Shown here one piece after another: positions 13,561-25,886 of a stretch of 64,000 nucleotides of DNA. Location of the stretch: NCBI GenBank assembly GCA_973895155.1, contig OZ316897.1, forward strand, positions 22,791,455 to 22,855,454, written 5' to 3'. The position numbers and the translations under genes are program-made. The first letter of the stretch is position 1. Every line of letters starts with the position of its first letter. A model generated the notes under the pieces. It searched no databases. It was not told where the DNA came from and was given only the letters and a program-made list of their open reading frames with translations. Origin of the DNA: Marsupella aquatica. Lineage: Eukaryota; Plantae; Marchantiophyta.

Positions 13561-13846
13561 AGATCTCTCGTTTCCTCTTTCAAAATCAGGTGCGAGGCTT
13601 TCTCTCGATCTTGTCAATGTCCTTATCGATTCTCTTTGCTTCTCCTTCTTTCTGCTCGATCTATTTGTTTCTGATTAAGATGTGCTGCGCCTCTTTTTCT
13701 GAAATTTGGATCTATCGTTTCCTCTTTCAAAATCAGGTGCGAGGCTTCCTCTTGATCTTGTCACTGTCCTTATTGATTCTCTTTGCTTCTCCTTCTTTCT
13801 GCTCGATCTATTTGTTTCTGATTAAGATGTGATGCGCCTCTTTTCT
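13561..13846. repeat. ~150-bp tandem duplication in a repeat-rich intergenic region
   Basis: cgtttcctctttcaaaatcaggtgcgaggctt...ctgattaagatgtg.tgcgcctcttt occurs twice. It explains the duplicated peptide in ORF 13425-13832. Confidence 0.9.
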
Positions 13847-15227
13847 GTCCTCGATCAGTTCTCATTTTTGCTTTCTTCATTCGGCTTCTGATCTTTTTTG
13901 ATTTTGTTTCTCCAGCATTCCTCTTTTGCACTTCAAGAGGCGTTTCTCGAAACTCCTTTCGAGCTTTCCTCTTTTCATTACTTTCATTTCATCAAGAGCC
14001 TTCCTCCCTTTCGAAATGTTGATGTGCTTCTTTTGTTCCGACGGTTTTGTTTCGGCAGTTACAGGAATACAGTTACTTTTAATGTTGAACACTATTTACT
14101 TTTATAAAAAAATATTTATAAATTTAAGTAAAGAGAATATGGGTGAATGTTTTTAATCTCGTCCTTTGTATCAATAGGTTTGGATGAATTACTTTTAAGT
14201 ATTTTTACATTATGTTTTGACGGCACGGCGCCCATAAAATTACACAAAAATCGACGTAAACAAGATGGAGAGGAGGTTATTCGATGCGCAAACATGACGA
14301 GTCTTGTTTGTTGTGGTTGTTGCTGACGTGGCACGCTGTGGTGCCAGGAATTTTGGAAGGGACCTATAGTGGGGTCCGTAGATAAAATTGAGAACAGTGG
14401 ACAGTCAAGGAGTTCTTGAAGGACCTTGAGTATTTATGTTCCTGTCATTGGCTTGCCCAATATGGGGCTATGACCATTGTGGAGAGACCGGGAATCTAGA
14501 CTGCAATTAGGGCGATTGGGGCTGAAGCTTGAGGAAGCTGCACTGACTAAGGTGCAAATGCGATGCTTTCTTGTAAAGGATGTAGTTGACTTGGCCTTTC
14601 CCTTGGTGCATTGTACATTGTGTTCTACCTAGCATGAGTTTGCTTATGGGTGTCTGCCTACTTTGTTTGCATCTTATTGTACCTCTGTGTAGCCATTGTT
14701 GTCGACGTTGCCTATACAAACTTGTGTCAATATTACATGAACCAGTTCCAACGCACCCTGAGCATATTACATTCCATTGCAAAGAAGTGTCAATTGGGTA
14801 TTATTTAGTGTTGTTGACAAAGCTTGTGAAGGCAAAGACCCCTTTGCCAGTTCCTAATTTGAATGATTACCCGCCATAGGTAATTGTTGCAAATGCTTTG
14901 AACTCTTTGGTGTTTGGCCAACAGATTACATAGAGACAGCAGAAATGTGTAATTTGTAGTTTATGATACTTGGAATGGATTCATGATTGGTGCCAATGTC
15001 ACCAAGACATTTCAGAATGCAAGAATTCAAATGGGATTTCCTTGTATTTTCACTAATCATGTTTTAACAACTTTGATTGTATGGAATTGATTTGTGTTCA
15101 ATAGTCATTATGAGTTCTGACATTCTAATGAAATTATCTGGGGAATTATCTTGTCTCTCGGACCGTTTTCATGTAAGATTTGTATGGACTTGCTTTGATT
15201 CTTAGGATGTAATATAAGTTTAACATT

Positions 15228-16008
15228 CACTAGTTTCAATTTGTCGGTCATATATGGTCATGGTTCTAGTCCTATGTCTAGACTACATGTGACTCAGGTA
15301 GAGTCAAAATTATGACCAGATGGTCAAAGAATACTTCACTATGCGATCGTTAACTAGACTACTAAGTCCAAGCTGGTCATCAAGTTATGACTGTTGTTTA
15401 TTCAATCATGGTCCTCAATATGACTGACCAGTCTAGCCCAATCTCAACATGTCCATGTCATCAACTACCCATAGTCAGCGTGGGTCGCAAATGCTACCAT
15501 GTACCAATAGATAATAACCTAAGTAAACAAGTCAAATATAATATCCAAAAGTCTGCTACAATCAAATAAATGACCAAGCATAATTATCCTACACGTCTGT
15601 AATGACTTTCAGACCAACTAGTCGTTAGATCAGTCACATTTGTTGACTTTTGATATTGAACCATAGCACCAGTCATATGTGCGAAAGGCTACTCTTCCTC
15701 ACTAACTATTTGTGAATAATTCATACCCCGTCTTGAGTCAACAAAATGACTAAGTTTTAGTCATTCTAAGACTGTAGCACTTTCACCTCCGAAAGTGCAC
15801 AAGTATGGATCTTGTCATTATTAGTCAAACAATGTGTCTTAAAAGCTAGTCGCAGAGCTGACCACCCAATTTCAGTCACTTTAAATAAGACACTATGTCA
15901 GAATTACGATTGGCTTGATACCCCCAAAGTTCAGTCACAAGGAGTCATGGGCAGTCCGAGGGGCAGTCCTAAAACCTAGTCACATAACGGGGTGTTTTCT
16001 TCTAGTAG
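15228..16008. mobile_element. Degenerate non-autonomous CACTA-like element
   Basis: Begins CACTAG and ends ttttcttctagtag, a degenerate inverse terminus. The interior is dense in short tgacc/ggtca/agtca/tgact motifs in both orientations, like CACTA subterminal repeats. No clean TSD seen. Confidence 0.4.
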
Positions 16009-16820
16009 ATCATAGTTACCCTTAAATGTTTTAGTTTTCTCCAATTTTACCTGTAATTATGTAAATATATTTTATACACAAAGGTTTAAACCTTAACACG
16101 ACGGTGTGATTCCTGGCTAGAAATCACAGGATTCGACTGGGCAATTCTTATGTGTGAGCAAACAATTAAAAAATGTACTATTATAAATGAAAAAAACTCA
16201 TTCACTAATAAAGTTACGCCCTTACAGCTAGCCAAAACCTGGTTAGTAGAATCCATTTTCAATGGGGAGCCCTCTTTTGGTTGGCAAACTCGCTAGCCAT
16301 ATGGAGTCTTAGAAATGCACTAGGGAGTCCCTACCAACATTCTACTAGCTATCAAAAATTCTTGTTTGCTTGCATCATAAAATACCTCAAATGGACTTGT
16401 TCATAAGAGTGATTTGGCTCCACTTTTTAAGGTCACTACACTTTTCAGCATGGGACATGAATGAACAACAGCCGGAGAATGAGGCCCTTTTGGAAGTTTG
16501 AGGGAAGGTCCACTTTCGAGTTTTGAGCCAGATTTGTTTTTGACTGAACTGCGTTCAACTATGTGATGGGAGCCAAACAAAGCCCCCAAGATAAGTTCGT
16601 CAAAAGTACATACTGGACTGCAATATTGGATTGCAATAGTGGACTTCTATACAGTTTCCCCCAAAACAAAATCCAATGTATTGTATGATCCATATAGTAT
16701 TTGTATTCAGGCAAGATCACCATGGCTCTACGTAGACATAGGAAAGAGATGAAGCGAGCATTTAATGATTTGTCTTTTGTGTTTATTTCATTCTTTTGTT
16801 CTTTTTCACTTGTTTGTCTT

Positions 16821-16966
16821 CTTCTCTTTTTTTTCTTTTCTTTTTGGAAAAGACATCTGTGAAACCCAACCCCATAGAAAGGGATGAGGCAGTCACAACT
16901 TTTGAACCCCAAGACCTATGAATTATTACTAAAGTGAGCTACCACATAACAATGCCTCTTTGGCAA
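16821..16966 (-). mobile_element. tRNA-derived SINE-like element, copy B, with 16-bp TSD
   Basis: Perfect direct repeat ttcacttgtttgtctt at 16805-16820 and 16967-16982. The minus strand has an A-box-like ttgttatgtgg, a B-box-like ggttcaaaa and an A-rich 3' tail. Homologous to 3929-4068. Confidence 0.7.
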
Positions 16967-17111
16967 TTCACTTGTTTGTCTTAACCTAAGTATATTTAAT
17001 ACTTGCTCTTTATAGTTCAGCCTAATTTGACCAAACCCCCTGTGGTCACAGACCTGGTTTAATAATCCTTTCGAGTTTGAGCCAGATTTGATTTTTAATA
17101 ACCCTTTTGAG

Positions 17112-17356
17112 CCAGGTTTGAAGTGACGGGCAACTTGTTGAGTTGCCGGGCACGTAAACTCAACATTTGCTGGGCGAAAACGGCCTAAATGCAGGCCGGG
17201 CCGGGACAGGCCGGGGTCAGGCCGGGACAGGGTCGGGGCGGGGTGTGAGCCAGCCGGGGCCGGGAAGTCAAGATCTGCCGGGCCGAGAGAGTCCGGGTAA
17301 CGAGTTGTCGGTTGACGAACTCGAAAGCCTCTATTTGCCGGGCAAGTCCAAACCCG
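17112..17356. mobile_element. GC-rich MITE-like element, inverted relative of 27568-27869
   Basis: Left end CCAGGTTTGAAGTGACGGGCA matches the reverse complement of the right end of 27568-27869 (CCAGGTTTAACCTGACGGGCA). Right end atttgccgggcaagtccaaacccg matches the reverse complement of that element's left end. The interior is gccggg-rich and the TSD is degenerate. Confidence 0.6.
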
Positions 17357-17614
17357 ACTTTCAAGGGTGAGATTCCGTGGAGAAACCTACAGTACTGTAT
17401 TCATTTGCTGCCAACGGTGACGGTGATTGTCTCACAAGGTGAAGGTGCGCGTGGCTCCCTCAGCACCTCGTACCACAATCCCAACACAAAGCTCCAGTCC
17501 TGTATGACTATACCCAGCCAGAGGCACAAATGAAATGTGCTGTGTGTGAAGCTTCTCCAGAGATGAGAGCAGAGGACCTGTTGTGGACTGACTTGAAATC
17601 GAATTGAACTGAGC

Positions 17615-17677
17615 AAGAGGCAACGAGGATAGAAGAAGAGGCAACGAGGATAGAAGAAGAGGCAACGAGGATAGAAG
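17615..17677 (+). repeat. 21-bp tandem repeat x3 in the presumed GILT 5' UTR
   Basis: aagaggcaacgaggatagaag x3, followed by a GA-rich tract. Confidence 0.9.
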
Positions 17678-17720
17678 AAGAAGAAGAGAAGGTGAGAGGG
17701 AGAACTAGCAGCAGAAGAAG

Positions 17721-20700
17721 ATGGAAATGAAGACCTCGTTCCTCGGGCTGGTCCTCGTCTCGTGTTTCCTAGGTGGGTGGGCTTTTGTTCATTCTCTGCC
17801 CAGAATCCATCATCGCTACTTTCTGCCTTCTCTCTGCTGTCAGTTGGGACCTCGCATTTGATTGTTTCTTGCAATTGTTCTCCGAGCACAGTGAGCTTCC
17901 TTCGCCTTTCACGAAGGATCTCGCCTTGAGTCTGTGATTCAATCAAATAATGAGACCTTGCAATTTCTCTGCCACTGCTTTGCACCAGAGTGGTGGAGGG
18001 TCTGTTTCGCTTCTCTACTGCCCACTTCTTTAAAGTATAGGTCTGTTGTCTCTTGCGAGGCGGTCCATGTGGTAAGACTCGGAGAGAAAGTGCATCGATG
18101 GGGTCTGAAAGAGTGCAGGCTTAGAAGCTGGAGACTTTCAGGGGAGACATGGGAGCGTGTGCCTGGGCGACCTCGAAATGGAGCTGAACCTGCTGGCTTG
18201 AATTGGAATTTCTGGTGCTTTAATCGGCTAGAATTGTTCTTTCAAGTGGACACAGTGCCATTGCCTATCATGCAGTGAATTAATTCAGGAGTCCACTAGG
18301 CTACTAAAGCCAGTAATGAACGACGATAAGAAGGGACTATTGTACACATCACTAGATTTGACCAAGAGCTCTCTGACTCGTGCCACTAGACTTGCAAATT
18401 TATCAGGCGACTTCTGCGTGCACCTGACTGTGGATTGTGGATGACCCCCCTGGGCGTGTGATACCTAGAGCTCCAGGACAGCCACCCAATTGCACTATTG
18501 GCAGCTTCATAGTGCTTTTGCAGGCCTGACCAAGGTCTACAGAGTTATGCTCTAGATTTGAAAAGAAGAAGTCCGGAAAAATCTATAGATGCGTTTGATC
18601 TGTAATGGTGCAAACAAATCCTCGATAGAGATTGATTGACTGAAGATAGAAACATTCAGTTTTTAAGCCGTCTCATGTCTATCATTTTTACTTGATATTT
18701 GACCGCAAAATTGTTGTGACATTTCCTTCAATTTCACTGCTCAGGTTTTCTTAATGAGGGCAGAGCTTCATCAGATGGGAAGGTGGCAGTAGATTTTTAC
18801 TCCGAATCCTTGTGCCCCTACTGCTCCAATTTCGTCGTCAACTATCTAAGCAAGATCGTGGACAATGGCGTTATTGCCGTTGTTGACTTACGCATCATTC
18901 CTTATGGAAATGCACAAGTTTATCCTACCGGTAAAATTGTATGCCAGGTACTTTCTTGCCATTTTGGTGCCTTGCATTTGACAATATGATCAAGTTTCGA
19001 ATGAGCGGATTCTTTCTGGGCTATCACCTAGTGAATGCGTTTTTTATTTGATTTTAGATTGGGAAAATACTCGATCTTTAGGATTTTGTGCCAGAAGGCC
19101 GAGTTTACAGATTTTCTCCGTTCTATCGGGGCGTATGGGAAAAATCACTCTGGAAAGGGTCTTAATTTGGAGCTGAATTTGGTTTTCCAGCATGGCGAAG
19201 ATGAGTGTAAGCTGAACATCATACAAACGTGTGCAATAAAGCTGTTTCCAGAAGTGGTGCGCTTTCCACCTGACATTGTGTTACCTCGAATGTTGTGGAG
19301 TGCAATCAGTTATGGGAAATTGTTATCAATTTTGCTTTTCATGACATGATAATCTCCGTTATCTCCAGAAAGATCCAACACGCAAAAACTCTGTGTCTTG
19401 CCTGCTTGTAAATGACGATCGAACTCCTGACCAAGCGATCTTTGATATCCCTGTCAAGGGACTTGACTCTTTGGTGGTTGGGGATGTGCAGACTGAGTGG
19501 TTCCCCTTCATCCTTTGCTTGGAAAAATTAGTGGAAAACTTGCCACGAGAGGAAGTGTATCCAAACTGGAAAACTTGTGCTGAGCCCTCTAATCTCGCTT
19601 TGGAACCCCTTGAAAAGTGTTTTGAGGGCCCTCTTGGAGACCAGGTACACCTTTTGATCCTGTCCTCTCAAGTTCAAGCAAGCATTTCCACTATGCGATG
19701 TAGTTCCTCGTTCATGCAAGGGAACCAAAGATCGCAAACCCATTTTGCTTTCCAGGAGCGGAGCCCCATTTACATTTTTTATTCTTTAATTAATTATAGA
19801 CTCTGCTCATTGTGCTGAGTCAGTCATAGCTGTATGCATGTCGGGTTCATATGACCTGGATGAGCGGGGACAAGGAATGTTGGAATAAATCTTAGTAGAT
19901 GTTTGCCCCTATACAGAAGTTCCTTCCACTAACAGAGGCTAATGAATGTGTTGCTTCCGGCAGTTGGTGAGGGAATTTGGAGCAGAGACAGACAGATTGA
20001 TCCCCCCTCACAGATACGTACCGTGGGTTGTGGTAGATGGAACACCTTTGTATGATGTAAGTTACCGCTCCCTCTATCTAGCATTCTGTTGTTTAGCCTT
20101 ATTACTACTTAGTCTTGCTGCTTGAGTTTGCAGCATAGTCTAAGGAGAGATCGCAAATAGCATTTACATGTATCGTCTTGGGCCTACCAGCAGTCCTAGG
20201 CCTCATTCTTCTCAATGACTTTTTAGATCTCTTTCCATGACCTGTTGCGAGGGCCAAACTCATGTCTGTGGCAAACTTTGGGATGGCAAGTCCGTAGGGT
20301 TGCAAGCTGATGAGACTAAAGCCATATGTCTATCCTATAGGTCAAATTGTAGGTTGGGCTGAGTTTGAGGGCCATTTTGGCAAACAAAGATGGGTGAGGA
20401 CATTGGACAACCAAAACACACACAAAAACAAAAACTGTTGAGAGGCTGAAGTGAAGGTTGGGAAGCTTTTGATGGAAGACTAATGGAGTTTAGGTTAAGT
20501 GTAAGCAAGGTCAAGTGTATGCAACGAGAAGTGTAATTGAGTACATAGGCAAAGCTTGTGCGGTAATCTGATCTTTGCTATCTACGGATTTGGTTACTGC
20601 AGGACTACGTGTACATTGAGAAGGCTGTGTGCCAAGCTTATAAGGGCTCTAATGCACCCAATGTGTGTGAGAGATACAGTGGAGCAGGTAGTGCCATGAT

Positions 20701-20755
20701 CGAAAGTGTTCTCGAAAAAGAAGGGTCTGTTAATGGAGTCTGTGAAAGAGATTGA
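17721..20755 (+). CDS. GILT: GILT-family (gamma-interferon-inducible lysosomal thiol reductase-like) protein, 6 exons, about 239 aa
   Basis: Exons 17721-17772, 18745-18947, 19191-19256, 19492-19644, 19964-20056 and 20603-20755 join in frame. Signal peptide MEMKTSFLGLVLVSCFLG, active site YSESLCPYC (CxxC), signature CQHGEDECKLN, and HRYVPWVVVDG. Confidence 0.92.
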
Positions 20756-23700
20756 GCCAATCCTGCCAAGCTTGCTTCACGTTAGGAAATGCAGCTGTTC
20801 GTGTGATATGGGCGGAGGGGAAACTCAGTGTCTTTTAAAAATTACCTTTATGATAGACACTAGCTTCTAGAGCACTACTTTACACCAAGGAAGTGATTTA
20901 TATAAAGTTGCAATCTCCTTCTGAGATAGAAGTCAATGGAACTTGCCGAGGTTAGACCTTTCATTTCTTCATTTTACTGGAAACATAAAAGTTCTTCATT
21001 TTACTGGAAACGTAAAAGGGAATTGATATATTTGGCTACTATAGACTAATCCAAAGCTCAATCTTGAGTATAGTTCATCCAGAATGACTGTAGCCTTTTC
21101 ATATTGGACAACTGTAGTAAAACTCGCCTAAATTCCCCGAAATGAAGACGTTTTTCAATAAGAGAAATGTTCGAATGCACATGCTCATCACTTGGATGAT
21201 GCTCTACGACTCCCCCTCCAACTGTTGCTTTACTTTGATTTACCTTCAAAAATACCTAACGATAAACATTGAAGGACATTGAATTTCACTTGAAACGTCC
21301 AGAAATCCCATTTCTATTAAACTCATGACACTCAATGCTCATCTGAGATTCCGCTCAGTCATACACTTTGTAAATGTACCAACCAACAGATAGTGTTAAA
21401 AGCAATTGTATGTTTTGATAGCTAATTCAAGTACAGTCTTCCCTTGTCGTTGCCGTCGATATTCAGCCATTGTGGTGGATCGTTCTCGGGAAAATAAGCA
21501 CTCTGATTTATAGGCGAAGGTGGACCGGTACATTCACACAGTAGCACCTCCAGGGTAGCCCGGGAATCACAAAACCTTTGTGGGTCGAGTGGCTACTCAA
21601 GTGGCTGGTTGAGATGATTGCCAAGGTACTCTGCTTGCTGGACAGGCCACGTATAGTGAGTAAACTTGCTGAAACTTTGTAACTAGCATGCATTTTCCAT
21701 GAGCATGAACGAAGGCGTGAACTGTATACCTCGAGATGATCTAGCAAGTGGCAAAACTGAACAGTGAAGCGCTTCCCTCTATTTATTTATTCCTCTGAAA
21801 CATATTCAGAGTATCCAAAGTGATCACTTGTATCGCTACAACGAAAATTCATATATACAACTACAAGTGGCCTCCCCCAAAGTGGTGTGAGAAGCCTGAC
21901 ATCCAAGCATCGAGCGCATTTACATGGCAACACCGCCCTACTGTACAAGCCTGAGATCCAATCAGGTCGTGGACCCCGCTCGGAACCATTGGAGTCTGAA
22001 CGCTGATTTGCCCGAATGGCTGTCCTTTGGGGTTGATAATAACGATATTGCATTCAGGACCGCGAGAAATCAATCACGCTTTAGGAGCGGCACAAATATT
22101 GGAGCTTTTTCTCACATCGATACCATTGAAATTTTTGGTTCTGATACCCTTCAGTTGTATGGTCTGGGCTGTTACTAATTTTTGATGAAAATCAAGGTTT
22201 CTGCATTCTTTCGACCTTGAATTCGAGTCTTCCCAGTGGTTATGTTACAGGCCACTGTCAATTTCCAAGAAACGAAGTTATGCGAACTTCAACAGTACAG
22301 CCAGAGCATGCTTTTTACGACAATTACAGGATTGAGGTAATGACTTAGCTGGCTCAGATTTGAGGGAATGTTAATATTCGCCTCAGTAAGTATTGTGGGA
22401 GCTCGAACGGATCCATAACAGGACCGATTTACCAGATCGAAAATTCCACGATCCCGTTTTGTCAGAAATTTCAGAAAATCTGCACGATTAGGTCTATTAA
22501 TGATAAATTTCTTGGCGACAAACCGTGTCGAGAAATTTATACCAAATTTCGTAGCCTGGTTTAGTTTCTAGTCATCAGAGAAACCTTATCGAATCTCCCA
22601 TCAAACTTTCAGATATGTTGTGGACCCGAAGCTCAGAGGGGAAGAGGTGCTCGACCTACATGATCATGATGAATGACTCCGTGAGCACTCGGGATAGTGT
22701 CAAATTTAATATCCCGTTTCATATTGTGAGCGAGTGAAATCAATAACTTGTGGATAGTCCAACTGGGCGGAAGGTTGAATTTATGGAGCGGGAGTTACTC
22801 AAATAACCAGTGATCGATGGATTGTTGTTAAGAGATGAGCGTCGTCTACGATTGTTGAGGGTTCAGCTGGGTTTTAAAACAATGAACATTCCTTAGGGCC
22901 ATGATTCAGTACAGTAGTTCAGTACAGACGTTATTTTCCAGCATAGGTGATCCATGGTTCCCGTCAGGCAAACAAGGGCTGTGCATCACTAACTCCTGTA
23001 TCCACTTTACTCGATCTTGTCAGAGAAGTTGTATGTCAAAGGGCCCTCTGTGCGATCAGTGATAAGATCAAGCATTGCCACATTCGAAGACCAGGTCCGG
23101 GACCCCATCGGCGAGAAGCAGACGGAGAGGAAACGGCACAGTCGGTCCCTTCCATTAAACGGCCAAAGGAGAGGGAAAGTTCATCTTAAACCAGCTTCCG
23201 CGCATTGCCACGAGTGAAACTCACTGTGACGATGTAGTGACTCTTCCGGATTTTCCAATGCTGAACTGAATTTCTAAGATTTGGCCTCATTTTCCAGAAA
23301 AACATCTTGTCTGGGTCTGGAAGACGAACCTTGTAGTCAACCGGTATTTTACTCTTTCACGAGCCTTCCTTCCAGCCTCAATTATTCACACCGGATGATA
23401 GACTTCCACAATTATCACACCTGATGATAGACTTCAGTCTGCGGGCTGGCGAGCTACAATTGTTACCCCTCCAAAGCAACAAGATCAGACCCAAGAATTC
23501 CGTCTTCTTAATCTGCAAAACAGCTCCAAATGAACGACGGGGCATCTAAACCCAAAACGCCGAATAAGTCGAGACACTTTGATGAGACAAGAGCGTTGAA
23601 CCATCTTGGATACCGGAGCTCATGGGATGAACCTACCGGCTCTGGGCCACTGACTACCAGCATCTCGAAAATTGACTACTGAGGCGACGGTTTTATATGA

Positions 23701-25448
23701 AAAGCAAGTCAATCTGCACTTGACGGCAAAATTTCAAGACGAACAGACAACTGTACCGAGCGTGAGCGAATAGCAATGTAACTTATGTGGAATCCAATGC
23801 TCCTAATCGGATCCGAAAGAACAGGGGACAACGAAGGTAGTCTGCCTGCCTGCGTAACGAGACAATCACAACACTGGAAGACAAGCAAGCAAGCCAGGAA
23901 ATTGTCTCTCCCACAAGGTGCTCGACAAGCTGTTCAATTTGCTTCCTCAGTTGTGGGTTTTGTTTAACTCTCCTCGAGGTCGTCCAGTCTTCTGTGCAGT
24001 ATACAAACAGCGAAAGTGCAAGGCCCCGAAGCTCATCACCGCAAAGGTCTCAAGTGGCCCACTCCTGCATCCCAGTTGCTGACATGCGAGAACTGTGATC
24101 GGCATGTACGTGATAAGTAGTACGTTCAACTGGATCGAGGAGCTGGCCGCCCTTCAGTCCAGGAAGCTAAGAAAGCCAAGGAGGATGGCAAGAATTGAGG
24201 AGGAGAGGGGGACAGCAGGGGAGACCTGAATGCCCCACGTAACTTTGGCAACGCATCCTACATGGCCGCACCGGAACAAAAATCCAGAGTGGAGCCATGG
24301 AGGCAAGCAAGAAGGAGGGAGCAGTGGAAATGGAGCCTTCCATGAATTGGATCACTTGGACCTGCTCCTCCTCCAGCTCCTCCTCTCGGAAGGGAAACCA
24401 CGTTTGGCAAGCATGATGGAGCTCTGGCGGAGTGGGCGGCGCCCCATGTGAGCATTTTGGGTGGAAGACGAGGCCCCACTTCCTATGGCACTCTACCACA
24501 CGACCACAGCATTGACCCGCCCCTGTTGTTCCTGCCCCCTTGGGCCCTTTCTCCCTCGCTCCACGGATCGCTTTGCGGGACTATGGCGATGGCGGTCTTC
24601 ACCTCACCCCATATGCCTCGCTAAAACGTGCCCCCCGTCGTACTACTGTGGTTTCCCACTGTTGACCCGGTTTGGCTGGTAACTAGTAAGCGTATCGACG
24701 GGATCGAGCTGGCTTCTGCGCGTAAGTAACTTGCTTGCTTGCGGGCCCAAGCGGAAATTCAGCGACCAAGCCCTCATCATCAATTTGTTCTACCCGGACA
24801 TGACTTGGATCTGGCCCGTTTGCTGGAGCGGGCCCCTTTATATAGCTTCAATTCCTGTCAGTATACCATCAACATTCTCTTCGCAATCAGTTGTGCAAGC
24901 TTGCCAGTCTAATCCTCTAGCCTGGACAAGCTCATACACAGCTGAAGCGAATTCCAATTGCAGGGCTACTACTGTCATCGATTGAGCACTGTCTTGTCGT
25001 TGCGAATTTAGTGTACCTTGGAACGTCAAATCGCGCACTGCTTTTCTGCAAACTGCTGTACACCCGCACATTGTAAGAGCTTCGCCCCTTGTTGTAGTCA
25101 TACTCTGCGAAAATGGACTTCGAGCTTTAGTGGTGTTTTCTAGATTAGATTGTACGCATTCCTGTAGCTTGCTTCGTTGTGATGGAGACCAGAGAGACTA
25201 TTAGATTTTTCAAATTGTTGCTCAAGGAGTGAATGGTTGTACTTCTCAGTACTCTTCATAGTCACTGGCTCTCTCATCTCAACTTGTGTGGAGGGTCTGA
25301 GATGGCCCACGGGATTGCGATTGGGGCTGGATTTATTCGAATTTTCAAATTGTTGCATCGGTGAAGAATTTACTGGTTGCAATTCTGATTCACTACTGAC
25401 TCTCTCTTTTCTCAACTGTTGTGCAGGTTCTAATTAAAACTAAGTAAG

Positions 25449-25886
25449 ATGGCTAAGTCTTCAGCTATGCTTGTTACCTTTGTTCTTCTCGGATTGATTT
25501 CATTCCAGGCTGCTGCCCAAGCGCCTACACCTAGTGCAGGTGGCCCAACTCCTGTGGCGACTCCGGTGGCAAGCACACCTCTAGCGCCAGGACCATTAGC
25601 TGCCACTCCCACTCCTACTCCGAGCAGGGCTCCGACTCCTGCTCCCACTGTAGCTCCCACCCCTGTTCCCATTGCTGCTCCGACCCCTGTTCCCACTGCA
25701 GCTCCCACTCCTACTCCGACTGCCACCCCAACTCCCACCCCAACTCCCACCCCAAGCGTCACGCCATCGCCCAGTCCCACTCCCCTCGCCCCCGCACCCA
25801 GCCAGCCAGGAAGCGGTGTTGGATCTCGACAGGCATGGAGCGGAGTTGCTGTTGCCTCAGTCATCGTTGCCGCCATGGTATTATGA
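25449..25886 (+). CDS. Classical arabinogalactan protein (AGP), predicted GPI-anchored, 145 aa
   Basis: N-terminal signal peptide ending in AAAQAP, a P/A/S/T-rich core with AP/TP/SP repeats, and a hydrophobic C-terminal GPI signal. A tgtgcag acceptor just upstream suggests a 5' UTR intron. TATA-like tttatata at about 24837. Confidence 0.9.
   Translation: MAKSSAMLVTFVLLGLISFQAAAQAPTPSAGGPTPVATPVASTPLAPGPLAATPTPTPSRAPTPAPTVAPTPVPIAAPTPVPTAAPTPTPTATPTPTPTPTPSVTPSPSPTPLAPAPSQPGSGVGSRQAWSGVAVASVIVAAMVL

Noticed and set aside
17401-17985. 194-aa minus-strand ORF with FFYPRCL repeats
   Set aside because: It is antisense to GILT exon 1 and its 21-bp UTR repeat, with no recognisable domain.
23900-24750. 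Conserved plant miRNA precursor or separate gene upstream of the AGP
   Set aside because: I recognised no conserved mature miRNA or long hairpin by eye. The overlapping short ORFs are uninformative.
5426-25886. Terpenoid biosynthetic gene cluster around the diterpene synthase
   Set aside because: No P450, 2-OGD, SDR or transferase is visible. The downstream neighbours are GILT and an AGP. Sequence upstream of the window cannot be assessed.
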